From the IMG/VR virus record IMGVR_UViG_647000328_000003, positions 8,078 through 72,077 of that record: DNA of 64,000 bases; one strand, written 5' to 3'. The position numbers and the translations under genes were made by a program. Shown here in pieces: positions 27,519-35,235 of the stretch. The notes below the pieces were generated by a model. That model saw nothing but the letters and a program-made list of their open reading frames with translations. It did not search any database and was not told the origin of the DNA. Source of the DNA: a virus. How positions within the stretch are numbered: the stretch's first letter is position 1; each line of letters begins with the position of its first letter.

Positions 27519-28031
27519 ATGAGTACCGAAACACCGCCGCCAGTCGAGCCACCCGTCGCCCACGAAGCCCCGCCCATGCCCGCCGAACCCCCGGTCGTAG
27601 CACCGAAGAAGCGGCCCTCACCGCTTCTTGCCGGGATCCTCGGCCTGGCCGTAGGTGCCGGCGCCGTCGGTGCAGCCTGGGCGATCACCGCAAACCAGGA
27701 GCCGCCCGCACCAGCCACGTTCACCCTCACCGGCGCCTTCGCCCTCACCGATGGCGCAACCCCAGACGGCGACGGCTGCATCGGCACCGAGGGCTACGAC
27801 GACATCGCTGAAGGAACGTCCGTCACCGTCTACGACGGGGCCGGGAAAGTGGCCGCCACCGGGAATCTCGGCAAGTCCAAGTACACGGGCGGTGCCTGCG
27901 CTTTCGAGGTCAGCGTCCCGGACGTGCCCAAGGGGGAGAAGTTCTACCAGGTCGAGGTGTCCCACCGCGGGAAGGTCCAGCTGACCGGAAAGGAAGCTGA
28001 AGCCGGAAAGTTGTCCGTGACCCTCGGCTGA
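27519..28031 (+). CDS. Membrane-anchored extracytoplasmic protein
   Basis: Pro-rich N-terminus, one TM helix, Cys pair in beta-rich domain. Confidence 0.75.
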   Translation: MSTETPPPVEPPVAHEAPPMPAEPPVVAPKKRPSPLLAGILGLAVGAGAVGAAWAITANQEPPAPATFTLTGAFALTDGATPDGDGCIGTEGYDDIAEGTSVTVYDGAGKVAATGNLGKSKYTGGACAFEVSVPDVPKGEKFYQVEVSHRGKVQLTGKEAEAGKLSVTLG

Positions 28032-28040
28032 CCTCTCGAC

Positions 28041-28082
28041 GCGCAACAGGCCCCGGAGCGAGCAGACCGGGGCCTGTTGCGC
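28041..28082 (+). terminator. Long stem-loop ending the tra region
   Basis: gcgcaacaggccccgg / ccggggcctgttgcgc, perfect 16-bp arms. Confidence 0.8.
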
Positions 28083-28773
28083 TGCCCGGAGTCACACCGT
28101 CAGCTTTCTGGCATATGACATAGGCACAGTCACGGTGTGTGTGGCCGTGACTAGACCCACAACGCCACATCCTCCAAACGGGTGACGCCGCCACAGATTC
28201 AAGAACCGGAATTCGCTATGGACGTTGACTTAGCGTGTACAAGTGAAACGCCCCAGCCCGCCAGCAATCAACTGGCGAACCGGGGCGCAGCAACGGGAGG
28301 AGGTCAGGAACGGATGAACCGAAGCACCTTGTCCCGCAACAACCCGACACCAGCCGGGGCATACACCGCGAACTTCAAGCACGCAACCAGCGTCACAGCC
28401 GGGCCGATCGCCAACCAGGGGTCCACCCCCTCCACGGCGACCAGCTCGGTGAACGACACGCCGCCCACCAACACCAACACCGAGTCGGTGGCCGGATGAG
28501 AACTGCGACCAGGCGCCGCCTGGTCGCGGCCGGAGGCGTTAAGCCCCTGGCCCGCAGGGGATTGATCCATAGCTGATTCCTCTGTGAGGCGTCACCCCTC
28601 GCCTGCTCTGCTTTGCCGGCTACGAGGGTGAGGGGTGACGCGGTCCGTAGGCGCAATAGCGCTTCAGATGACACAACGACACCCGTAAGCGTTTGAGGAC
28701 CCATATCGAAGCCGACCACCCCATGGTGTGAACGCCCGAAACCTCGCGCCCCCTGCGGGCGTTTACCTACGGC

Positions 28774-28956
28774 TCACCGAACGGCTAGGCCCCGGACCTC
28801 TTGGTCTGGGGCCTTTCGCGTGGCGCGGGCGATCCATGCCCCGCCGAGCCGGTCCGTGGGCGGCAGGGTCACCTCGACGTGCAGCAGCCGGCGCAGGTCG
28901 TCCAGGGCGTCCTGGCATTCGCGCTGCGTCGCACCGTGGACCGTGAACCTCGCCAT
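28774..28956 (-). CDS. Small hypothetical protein
   Basis: 60 aa, plausible codon bias. Confidence 0.55.
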   Translation of the reverse strand: MARFTVHGATQRECQDALDDLRRLLHVEVTLPPTDRLGGAWIARATRKAPDQEVRGLAVR

Positions 28957-29004
28957 GAGGGCATTCTGCCGGGGGAGTAGGGGCGGCGGGGGTGATCTGC
29001 GGAA

Positions 29005-29304
29005 CTAGCCCTGGTCGTGCGGGTAGTCCCTGTGCTCGACATAGGGGGCGGCGAGGAGCCGCAGCTGGTACTCAGCAGTCTGGCCGGCCTCCCCGCCCGC
29101 ACCCAGGTACGGGATCACGGTGTCCTCCAGAAGCGTGAGATGCACCTCCGCCGCGGCAACGGAGAACCGAGCGTGCTTCTCGGCTTCCTTGGGGTTGACG
29201 CCGAGACGGCCAGACTCCTTGACCACCACGCCACTCGCGAAGCGGGCCTGCTCCAGCGCCTCGGCGAACCGGGCGCGGAGGAAGGCCGCCAGTCGGTCAG
29301 TCAT
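29005..29304 (-). CDS. Hypothetical protein (DUF6221-like)
   Basis: AFLRARF...LRLLAAPYVEHRDY pattern; ATGA coupling. Confidence 0.65.
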   Translation of the reverse strand: MTDRLAAFLRARFAEALEQARFASGVVVKESGRLGVNPKEAEKHARFSVAAAEVHLTLLEDTVIPYLGAGGEAGQTAEYQLRLLAAPYVEHRDYPHDQG

Positions 29305-29720
29305 GCGGTGCTCCCGGGGTCGGCCTTCGTCTTGATGTCGGCACGCTTGCCGGTGGTTCGGCCTTCGGCGATCTGCTGGGCGCCGAGGTGAAGCAGGCTG
29401 CGCCTCTGATGTTCAGGCGTGTAGGTCACGTTGTAGCGAGGTTGCCGACTCTCAATGAGAGCCCGCTCCGCACGCTGACAGGCCGCTCTATCGGGATGCC
29501 AGTCAGCTTCGTAGTAAGCAATTTCGTGCCCCCAAGGCTTCTCGCGACGCTGGACTCGAACTCGGGCGTCGGGCTCGTAGCTCATGCCGACGTAGATCAG
29601 GTCGTGCTGATCGTTGTAGACGCGATAGACCGCGCTGGCATCCGCTTGATCGTGGTAGCGAACTGCACCCTGTGCGTTGACCCTGCGGATTCGCAGCGAG
29701 GGGCCGTGCTCGTGGGTCAT
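29301..29720 (-). CDS. Stand-alone GIY-YIG nuclease-like protein
   Basis: AVYRVYNDQHDLIYVGMS..R..AERALIESRQPRYN. Confidence 0.8.
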   Translation of the reverse strand: MTHEHGPSLRIRRVNAQGAVRYHDQADASAVYRVYNDQHDLIYVGMSYEPDARVRVQRREKPWGHEIAYYEADWHPDRAACQRAERALIESRQPRYNVTYTPEHQRRSLLHLGAQQIAEGRTTGKRADIKTKADPGSTA

Positions 29721-29941
29721 GACTCCTGCCTCAGCGTGCGAGCCTCGCGGGCGGCTGTGACGACGTCGCGGCCCGGCCGCTCGGGGAGCTTGGCTCCGGG
29801 CTCCCGGATGTACCAGTCGATGAGCTCGCGGATTACGGCTGCGCGCTCGGTGCCCATGGCTTTGGCGGCGGCGTCGAAGTCGTACCAGGTATCGCCGATG
29901 CGGATCTGGCGGGGCGGGGTCTTGGGCATATTCGGCGACAT
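29717..29941 (-). CDS. Ribbon-helix-helix regulator, paralogue of 4667-4873
   Basis: KTPPRQIRIGDTW..GTERAAVIRELIDWY; ATGA coupling. Confidence 0.7.
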   Translation of the reverse strand: MSPNMPKTPPRQIRIGDTWYDFDAAAKAMGTERAAVIRELIDWYIREPGAKLPERPGRDVVTAAREARTLRQES

Positions 29942-29957
29942 GCCCTGACCGTATCCA

Positions 29958-30063
29958 GGTGTAGCTACCTGCGTCATCTTCTGTCCTCTCGGGTGTAGCT
30001 ACAGATTCTTGGGCTGAACGACTTGCGGTGTAGCTACACCCGAGTCTAAGGTGTAGCTACACC
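29958..30063. promoter_or_regulatory. Four GGTGTAGCTAC(ACC) palindromic operators
   Basis: 29958-29969, 29992-30003, 30027-30040, 30050-30063; the last two are perfect 14-bp palindromes. Confidence 0.85.
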
Positions 30064-30105
30064 CCGAGCAAGGGGTCGCCAAGGGGAACCAGCAGGGGAG
30101 ACGCC

Positions 30106-30426
30106 ATGAAGGCCACGACAGGAATCGACTGGACCGCCGTCGTCAACTTCGACGACCACGGGATCTTCCGGGGCAGCGAGTCCATCGGGCAGGCCGAGGC
30201 CAACCTCGACGAGCTGCGCGAGAACGGGGCCACCGTCAACGAGTGGCACGTGCAGGACCTCAAGGGTCTGATCATCCGCATCGTCCAGGTCGTCGACCCC
30301 ACGTTCGGGGAGACGGTCCGCGTCTTCCCCGCCGAGTGCGACGACTGCGGCTCGCCCTTGACGCAGATGACGTGGGTCTCCGACGAGCACCACGCACGGT
30401 GCCCCCGCCGTGACCCGCACTTCTAG
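30106..30426 (+). CDS. Hypothetical protein
   Basis: GGGGAG RBS; CDDC motif. Confidence 0.7.
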   Translation: MKATTGIDWTAVVNFDDHGIFRGSESIGQAEANLDELRENGATVNEWHVQDLKGLIIRIVQVVDPTFGETVRVFPAECDDCGSPLTQMTWVSDEHHARCPRRDPHF

Positions 30427-30491
30427 CCCTTCCCGCCGGGACCTACGGGGCCGGGCCCCAGCACGCGCACATCGTCACCCAGGGGGTATCC

Positions 30492-30989
30492 ATGATCGAC
30501 AACCTCGGCTTCCACACCGACGACGACCTCCACGCCGAACTCGCCGACCTCGACCGGCGCATCCACAACCTCGCCACCCACATCGACCACGGCCGCTTCC
30601 ACAGCCTCGAAGCCGAGCGGAACGCTCACGCCTACCACGCGTCCCTCTTGGGCGCACGCCCCAAGCTCGCCGCCCAGGTCGCCCAGGCCGACGCCGACAC
30701 CGACCGCCTCCTCAACGCGATCCGCCTCGTCGGCGACATCGAGCTCGGGTTCATCGCCTACGTCGTCTACGGGCCGACCGTGCTCCCCGTGCCGCCGCTG
30801 CACGAAGTGCGCCTCATCGAGCGCGACGGCGGCTACACCGTCCCCGGAACCGTCCGTCGCAGCGTGTCGGCCGACCAGATCGCCGCGGTGGAGCGGGAGC
30901 TGCTGACCGGGGTGATCGCGCCGGGTGGTCACGCCTGGATCTGGGGTCGGACGATCCGCGCTTACCGCACCCAGGTCACCGCCTACTGA
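30492..30989 (+). CDS. Hypothetical protein
   Basis: High GC3; RBS-like AGGGGG. Confidence 0.75.
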   Translation: MIDNLGFHTDDDLHAELADLDRRIHNLATHIDHGRFHSLEAERNAHAYHASLLGARPKLAAQVAQADADTDRLLNAIRLVGDIELGFIAYVVYGPTVLPVPPLHEVRLIERDGGYTVPGTVRRSVSADQIAAVERELLTGVIAPGGHAWIWGRTIRAYRTQVTAY

Positions 30990-31053
30990 TACCGCCCGAC
31001 CCCACGGGGTCGGGCCCCACCGCCATCCGCACAGCACCACCCGAGGGGGACCC

Positions 31054-31392
31054 GTGATCGCCAGCAACCGCACCCGCCGCGCCACACTCCGCGCACGCCA
31101 GACCGCCAGCCGGGCCGCCGCACGCATCCGCCGCACCGGTGCCGGCACCCTCGCCACCCACTGCTTGGCCGCCGGCCTCACGCCCCGCGAAGCCCAGTCG
31201 GTCGCTGGCTCCCTCCGGAAGAACGTCGAGAAGGCCGGTGTCGTCGGCGCCGTCGGCCGCACCTTCCGCAAGGGCGCCGCACGGATCTGCACCCGCTACA
31301 CCCGGGCCGCCGTCGCCCTCATCGCCGCGATCTACCGGCCGCGCAAGCCTGCTTACCGCCTCGCCGCGACCAAGCTCGCGCTCGCCGCCTAG
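31054..31392 (+). CDS. Basic hypothetical protein
   Basis: GAGGGGG RBS before GTG. Confidence 0.7.
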   Translation: MIASNRTRRATLRARQTASRAAARIRRTGAGTLATHCLAAGLTPREAQSVAGSLRKNVEKAGVVGAVGRTFRKGAARICTRYTRAAVALIAAIYRPRKPAYRLAATKLALAA

Positions 31393-31401
31393 GAGACCGT
31401 C

Positions 31402-31959
31402 ATGGCTACTCGCCGCCAGGTGGACGTGCTGTTCGACCTCTCCGACTATCCGAAGGGGTCGCCCGCTCTGAGCGTGGCCGCCCCCGCGCAGGAGGCACCT
31501 TCGGGGGATGTCGACCGGGCCAAGCGGCGAGCCGTGCACACGGCGGCAAGCCGAATCAGGCGGATCGCCATGTCGCCGCGCGAGCAGCGTGAAGCCGGAT
31601 GGAGCCCCGAACAGATCGTGGACTACCGGACATCGATGGCCGACTTCCGCATCGCCCTATGCCTTGTGCAGGGGAATGCGCTCGACGACATCGACCCGGC
31701 CTCCGGCTACAGCATGTCCCGGGCCTCCTACGACACCACCCGGCACTCGTGGATCTCCATCATGAAGTTCCACGGCTTCAACCCCGACTACGACCAGGTG
31801 CCGCTGGACGAGGCGGTCGCCTTCTGGGCTGAGCGCCGTCCCCAGTTCCTGGTCGGGGATGACTGGCTGGCCGCCGGACTGGCCGGGCACCGCGCCTATT
31901 GGCAGGCCCTGGATCACCCCTGCACCTGTCCCACCTGTGACGAAAGCGACGAGTCGTGA
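31402..31959 (+). CDS. Hypothetical protein
   Basis: AGGAG RBS. Confidence 0.7.
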   Translation: MATRRQVDVLFDLSDYPKGSPALSVAAPAQEAPSGDVDRAKRRAVHTAASRIRRIAMSPREQREAGWSPEQIVDYRTSMADFRIALCLVQGNALDDIDPASGYSMSRASYDTTRHSWISIMKFHGFNPDYDQVPLDEAVAFWAERRPQFLVGDDWLAAGLAGHRAYWQALDHPCTCPTCDESDES

Positions 31960-32006
31960 CCGGCCGCCGCCGCCAACCATCCCGCCCAATCTCCGGAAGG
32001 ACCCCG

Positions 32007-32750
32007 ATGACCGATACCCCGATGACCCCAGAGTACGAACAGCGGATCCGGTCGCACGTTGCCGAGATGAGCAACTACTCGCTCGGGAACCTGTTCGCCC
32101 GCGACCTCCTGGCCGAGGTCGACCGACTGCGGGCCGAGATGTACCGGTGGCGCGAGCGCACCGAGGAGGCCGAGACCAGCGAGGCCCAGTTGAAGGGCCG
32201 GGTGCGCGGGCTGCGGGCGCAGGTCGATGAGCTGGAGGAGCAGGGCCGCTTCCTGGAGCGGAATACCCTGCCCGACCTGAATCGTCAGATCGAGCACCAC
32301 CAGGGCGGCAAGGCCCGGTGGCGGAAGCGTGCGGAGGCCGCCGAGGCCCGGGTTGCCGAGCTGGAGGCCGCCGGGTCCCGCCTGGCCGCTGTGGAGCGCC
32401 TGGCCGAGGAAGCCGACGACAAGTGCAACTCCACCATCGACACCGACCTGCTCCTCGACGCTCTCGGGCTGAACGCCGCTCCGATCGATGAGGCGGTCGA
32501 GATGGCCGAGGCGGAGGCCGAGCTGGAGGTCATGCGCCGCGAGCACCCCGCCCCGTGCCGAGTCCCCGACTCCCCGGACTGCACCTGCCCGGACGAGCTG
32601 TCGCTGCCCCTGTGCGGCAAGACGGTCGCGGTCGACGGCACCGTCTACGCCCCGTGCGCCCGCCACGCAGGGCACAGCGCGGCGTACTGCCGAGACTCCG
32701 CCCGCAACCACTACTTCCTGACTGCCGACCTGCACGGGTCCACCCCGTGA
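32007..32750 (+). CDS. Coiled-coil hypothetical protein with C-terminal Cys/His motif
   Basis: GAAGGA RBS; heptad region. Confidence 0.7.
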   Translation: MTDTPMTPEYEQRIRSHVAEMSNYSLGNLFARDLLAEVDRLRAEMYRWRERTEEAETSEAQLKGRVRGLRAQVDELEEQGRFLERNTLPDLNRQIEHHQGGKARWRKRAEAAEARVAELEAAGSRLAAVERLAEEADDKCNSTIDTDLLLDALGLNAAPIDEAVEMAEAEAELEVMRREHPAPCRVPDSPDCTCPDELSLPLCGKTVAVDGTVYAPCARHAGHSAAYCRDSARNHYFLTADLHGSTP

Positions 32751-32860
32751 CCCCGCCGCCGGCCCCGGCCCCGTTGCCGCCGTGGGAGGACACCGCACGC
32801 GAAACCGCCCAGGCCGACGACCGGTACTGGGACGCTCGATACGACCGAGACGAGGAGTGA
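32747..32860 (+). CDS. Very small hypothetical protein
   Basis: GTGA overlap; stop just before next RBS/ATG. Confidence 0.45.
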   Translation: MTPPPAPAPLPPWEDTARETAQADDRYWDARYDRDEE

Positions 32861-32863
32861 CCC

Positions 32864-33205
32864 ATGTCCACCAACTACTACGCGTTCGGCCCCTTCCCTG
32901 GCGGCAACCCCGACGGAGAAGGGCTCCACATCGGGCAGACCGCTGCCGGGTGGCGGTTCCTCTTCCGCGCCCACAATTCCCTGGGCATCACGACGCTCCC
33001 CGACTGGGAGCACTTCCTCCGCGCCCCCGACGTCACCATCCGGGATGAGTACGGGATCGACCTCTCCACCGACGAAATGGTCGAGACGATGAAGGCGACC
33101 ACCGGCCGGGAGGGCTACCCGCTTCGGGCCCGGCTTCGCAGCGACGACGACCACCGCTACGTCACCTCCGGCGGATACGCCTTCGACCGCCGCGAATTCT
33201 TCTGA
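32864..33205 (+). CDS. Hypothetical phage protein
   Basis: GAGGAG RBS; GLHIGQTAAGWRFLF. Confidence 0.75.
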   Translation: MSTNYYAFGPFPGGNPDGEGLHIGQTAAGWRFLFRAHNSLGITTLPDWEHFLRAPDVTIRDEYGIDLSTDEMVETMKATTGREGYPLRARLRSDDDHRYVTSGGYAFDRREFF

Positions 33206-33227
33206 CCGCCCCAACGAGGAGCGACCG

Positions 33228-33404
33228 ATGGCCACCAAGACCAGCGCACGGGGGAAGTGTCGCGTCTGCGGCAGGGAGTACAAGCTGACCCGGGCCGGTT
33301 TCCTGCCCCGGCATTGGGCGCGTGACGAGGACGGGCAGGCTGCCAGTGGCCTCCCGGACTGTCGCGGCGTCGGGATGACCCCGACCGCATCGCCCACCAC
33401 CTGA
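33228..33404 (+). CDS. Small CxxC protein
   Basis: GAGGAG RBS; GKCRVCGREYKL. Confidence 0.65.
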   Translation: MATKTSARGKCRVCGREYKLTRAGFLPRHWARDEDGQAASGLPDCRGVGMTPTASPTT

Positions 33405-33457
33405 CCGCCCCTGGGCTGCTGTGTACGGCACGGCAGCCCACAACCCGAGGAGAACAC

Positions 33458-33748
33458 ATGCTCACCCTGCACCCCATCACCGGCGGCATCCGCGACGGAC
33501 GGCACCAGCAGTACCCGACGTCCCACATCAAGCCCCGTTCGGTCGAGACCGAGCAGGCAGCCGAGGAGGCCGCAGTCCGGCTCCTCAGCGCCTACGGCTC
33601 CATCAGCTACCTGACCCTGAGCGGCGATGACGGGGAGCGGATCCGGGAGTACCGGCGCGGCCACTTCTTCCAGGCCAAGTCACCCTTGCGAGACGCCCGC
33701 CTCCGGGTCGCCGCCCACGACACCACCACCCAGGAGCCCCCGCGATGA
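33458..33748 (+). CDS. Hypothetical protein
   Basis: GAGGAG RBS. Confidence 0.7.
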   Translation: MLTLHPITGGIRDGRHQQYPTSHIKPRSVETEQAAEEAAVRLLSAYGSISYLTLSGDDGERIREYRRGHFFQAKSPLRDARLRVAAHDTTTQEPPR

Positions 33749-33972
33749 CATCCCATCCGACCGTCACGACCTGCCGAGTCTGTGGAGGCACTACCCAGGT
33801 CGACGCACGGAACGGCTGCACCCCCTACACCTGCACCACCCCATGCCCTGTTTGCGGCCACCCCGGCGACGTCCACCGCGACTGGTACCGCGACCAGTAC
33901 GGTGCCGGATTCTGCCGCCGCTGCCCCGAAGGCCACCGGCACGACTTCAGCGTTCAGGAGCCCCCGCGATGA
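33745..33972 (+). CDS. Small Zn-ribbon protein
   Basis: CRVC, CPVCGH, CRRC; ATGA coupling. Confidence 0.65.
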   Translation: MTSHPTVTTCRVCGGTTQVDARNGCTPYTCTTPCPVCGHPGDVHRDWYRDQYGAGFCRRCPEGHRHDFSVQEPPR

Positions 33973-34274
33973 TCCAACCCGGACAGACCTACCGGTCCGC
34001 GTCACCGAGCAAGTCCGACCCCCAGCAGCGCCACACCCGGATCAAGGTCGTCGACGAACTCATCGGGAAGCCAGGCGTCTACGGGCTCAACAAGGTCGAC
34101 ATCGCCACGCTCACCAGCAGCGGTCGAGAGATCCGCCGCCGCGCCATTGAAGTCACCCAGCTCCACGCCACGGCCACCACCCGCGACGGGGCACCTCGCC
34201 GCACCGGATACATCCTGGAGGAAGTGGGAGAGCTTGCGGCCAAGCCCGACCATTCACCCGCGGAGCCCCAATAG
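33969..34274 (+). CDS. Hypothetical protein
   Basis: AGGAG RBS; ATGA coupling. Confidence 0.7.
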   Translation: MIQPGQTYRSASPSKSDPQQRHTRIKVVDELIGKPGVYGLNKVDIATLTSSGREIRRRAIEVTQLHATATTRDGAPRRTGYILEEVGELAAKPDHSPAEPQ

Positions 34275-34425
34275 GGCAGATTAAGACGGCAGGAATGGCA
34301 TGATCTCAACGCCCTAAATCCTGCTAGACGAACCAAGCGCGGCCTGCGTAGCCTCACCTACTCGGGACAGCTGATCATGAACGCTGCGCCCGTCTCGTAA
34401 TTTCCAATTCGAGGAAGAGTGAACT

Positions 34426-34914
34426 ATGCGCACTTCGATCCGCCTTGCAGCCCTGGCCGTCAGCGCCACCGCCGCCATCACTCTCAACGCTGGCACTGCC
34501 GCCGCCGCCACCGTGAACTGGAAGGAAGTGGACACGAACTCCAACTGGCACTGTAGCGCTTGGGAGCAGCACTGGGCCGCCTCCGGCCCCGATGAAGGCA
34601 ACTACAACTTCAAGCCCTGCATAGTCGTCAACTCCAGCGGCGGCGCACAGGGTGTCCTGGTGATACAGAACGCATCGATCTACCAAAAGATGCTCGTCAA
34701 GGGGGCAGTCAGATTCCCGAGTAGCGACGCCGCCGGTCAGACGCTTTGCGCCGAGAGCGTGATCAATAACCCATTCACTCGCGGATGCTTCGCCCCCACG
34801 AAGAACGTCGGCTGCGGAAATACTCCCGGCATCGAGGTGCTTGTCTACGTGAAGGTTGACGGCGAATGGAAAGAAGACACGTACTCTATAGCTGGCGTGT
34901 CAATGCCCTGCTAG
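34426..34914 (+). CDS. Secreted Cys-containing protein (moron-like)
   Basis: Sec signal MRTSIRLAALAVSATAAITLNAGTAAA; six Cys; lower GC; AT-rich upstream region. Confidence 0.8.
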   Translation: MRTSIRLAALAVSATAAITLNAGTAAAATVNWKEVDTNSNWHCSAWEQHWAASGPDEGNYNFKPCIVVNSSGGAQGVLVIQNASIYQKMLVKGAVRFPSSDAAGQTLCAESVINNPFTRGCFAPTKNVGCGNTPGIEVLVYVKVDGEWKEDTYSIAGVSMPC

Positions 34915-34977
34915 GCCAGGGCGTGGCTTCTGCCTACTGTAGGAGCTGAAGCTCGCTCATCCGGAAGCATCTCGTCA

Positions 34978-35014
34978 CCTCGGGCCCGTCCTGAACCATC
35001 AGGCGGGCCCGAGG
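34978..35014 (+). terminator. Stem-loop
   Basis: cctcgggcccg / cgggcccgagg arms. Confidence 0.65.
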
Positions 35015-35067
35015 CGTTGTGCACGTGCGGTCGGCGGGAACACTCCAGGGAGAGCACGGAGGTGACC

Positions 35068-35235
35068 ATGCCAGGCCGACGACACGCCGGTTTCAAGAGC
35101 CGAGCCCAATGGCGCTACTTCTTCGCCAACCCCAGACTTCGCCGCTACGCCCGCCAGAAAGCCCATGCCACCAAGGGTGGAAAGATCACCCGATACCGGC
35201 GACTCCCCGCACGGCGCGGCGTCCGCCGCCGCTAG
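35068..35235 (+). CDS. Very basic 55-aa protein
   Basis: GGAGG RBS; 16 Arg + 4 Lys, no Asp/Glu; stop overlaps the portal stop. Confidence 0.7.
   Translation: MPGRRHAGFKSRAQWRYFFANPRLRRYARQKAHATKGGKITRYRRLPARRGVRRR

Noticed and set aside
28182-28719. ORFs 28182-28499 (+), 28304-28570 (-) and 28393-28719 (-)
   Set aside because: No clear RBS/start and inconsistent codon bias; a frameshifted small membrane gene on - is possible but unsupported
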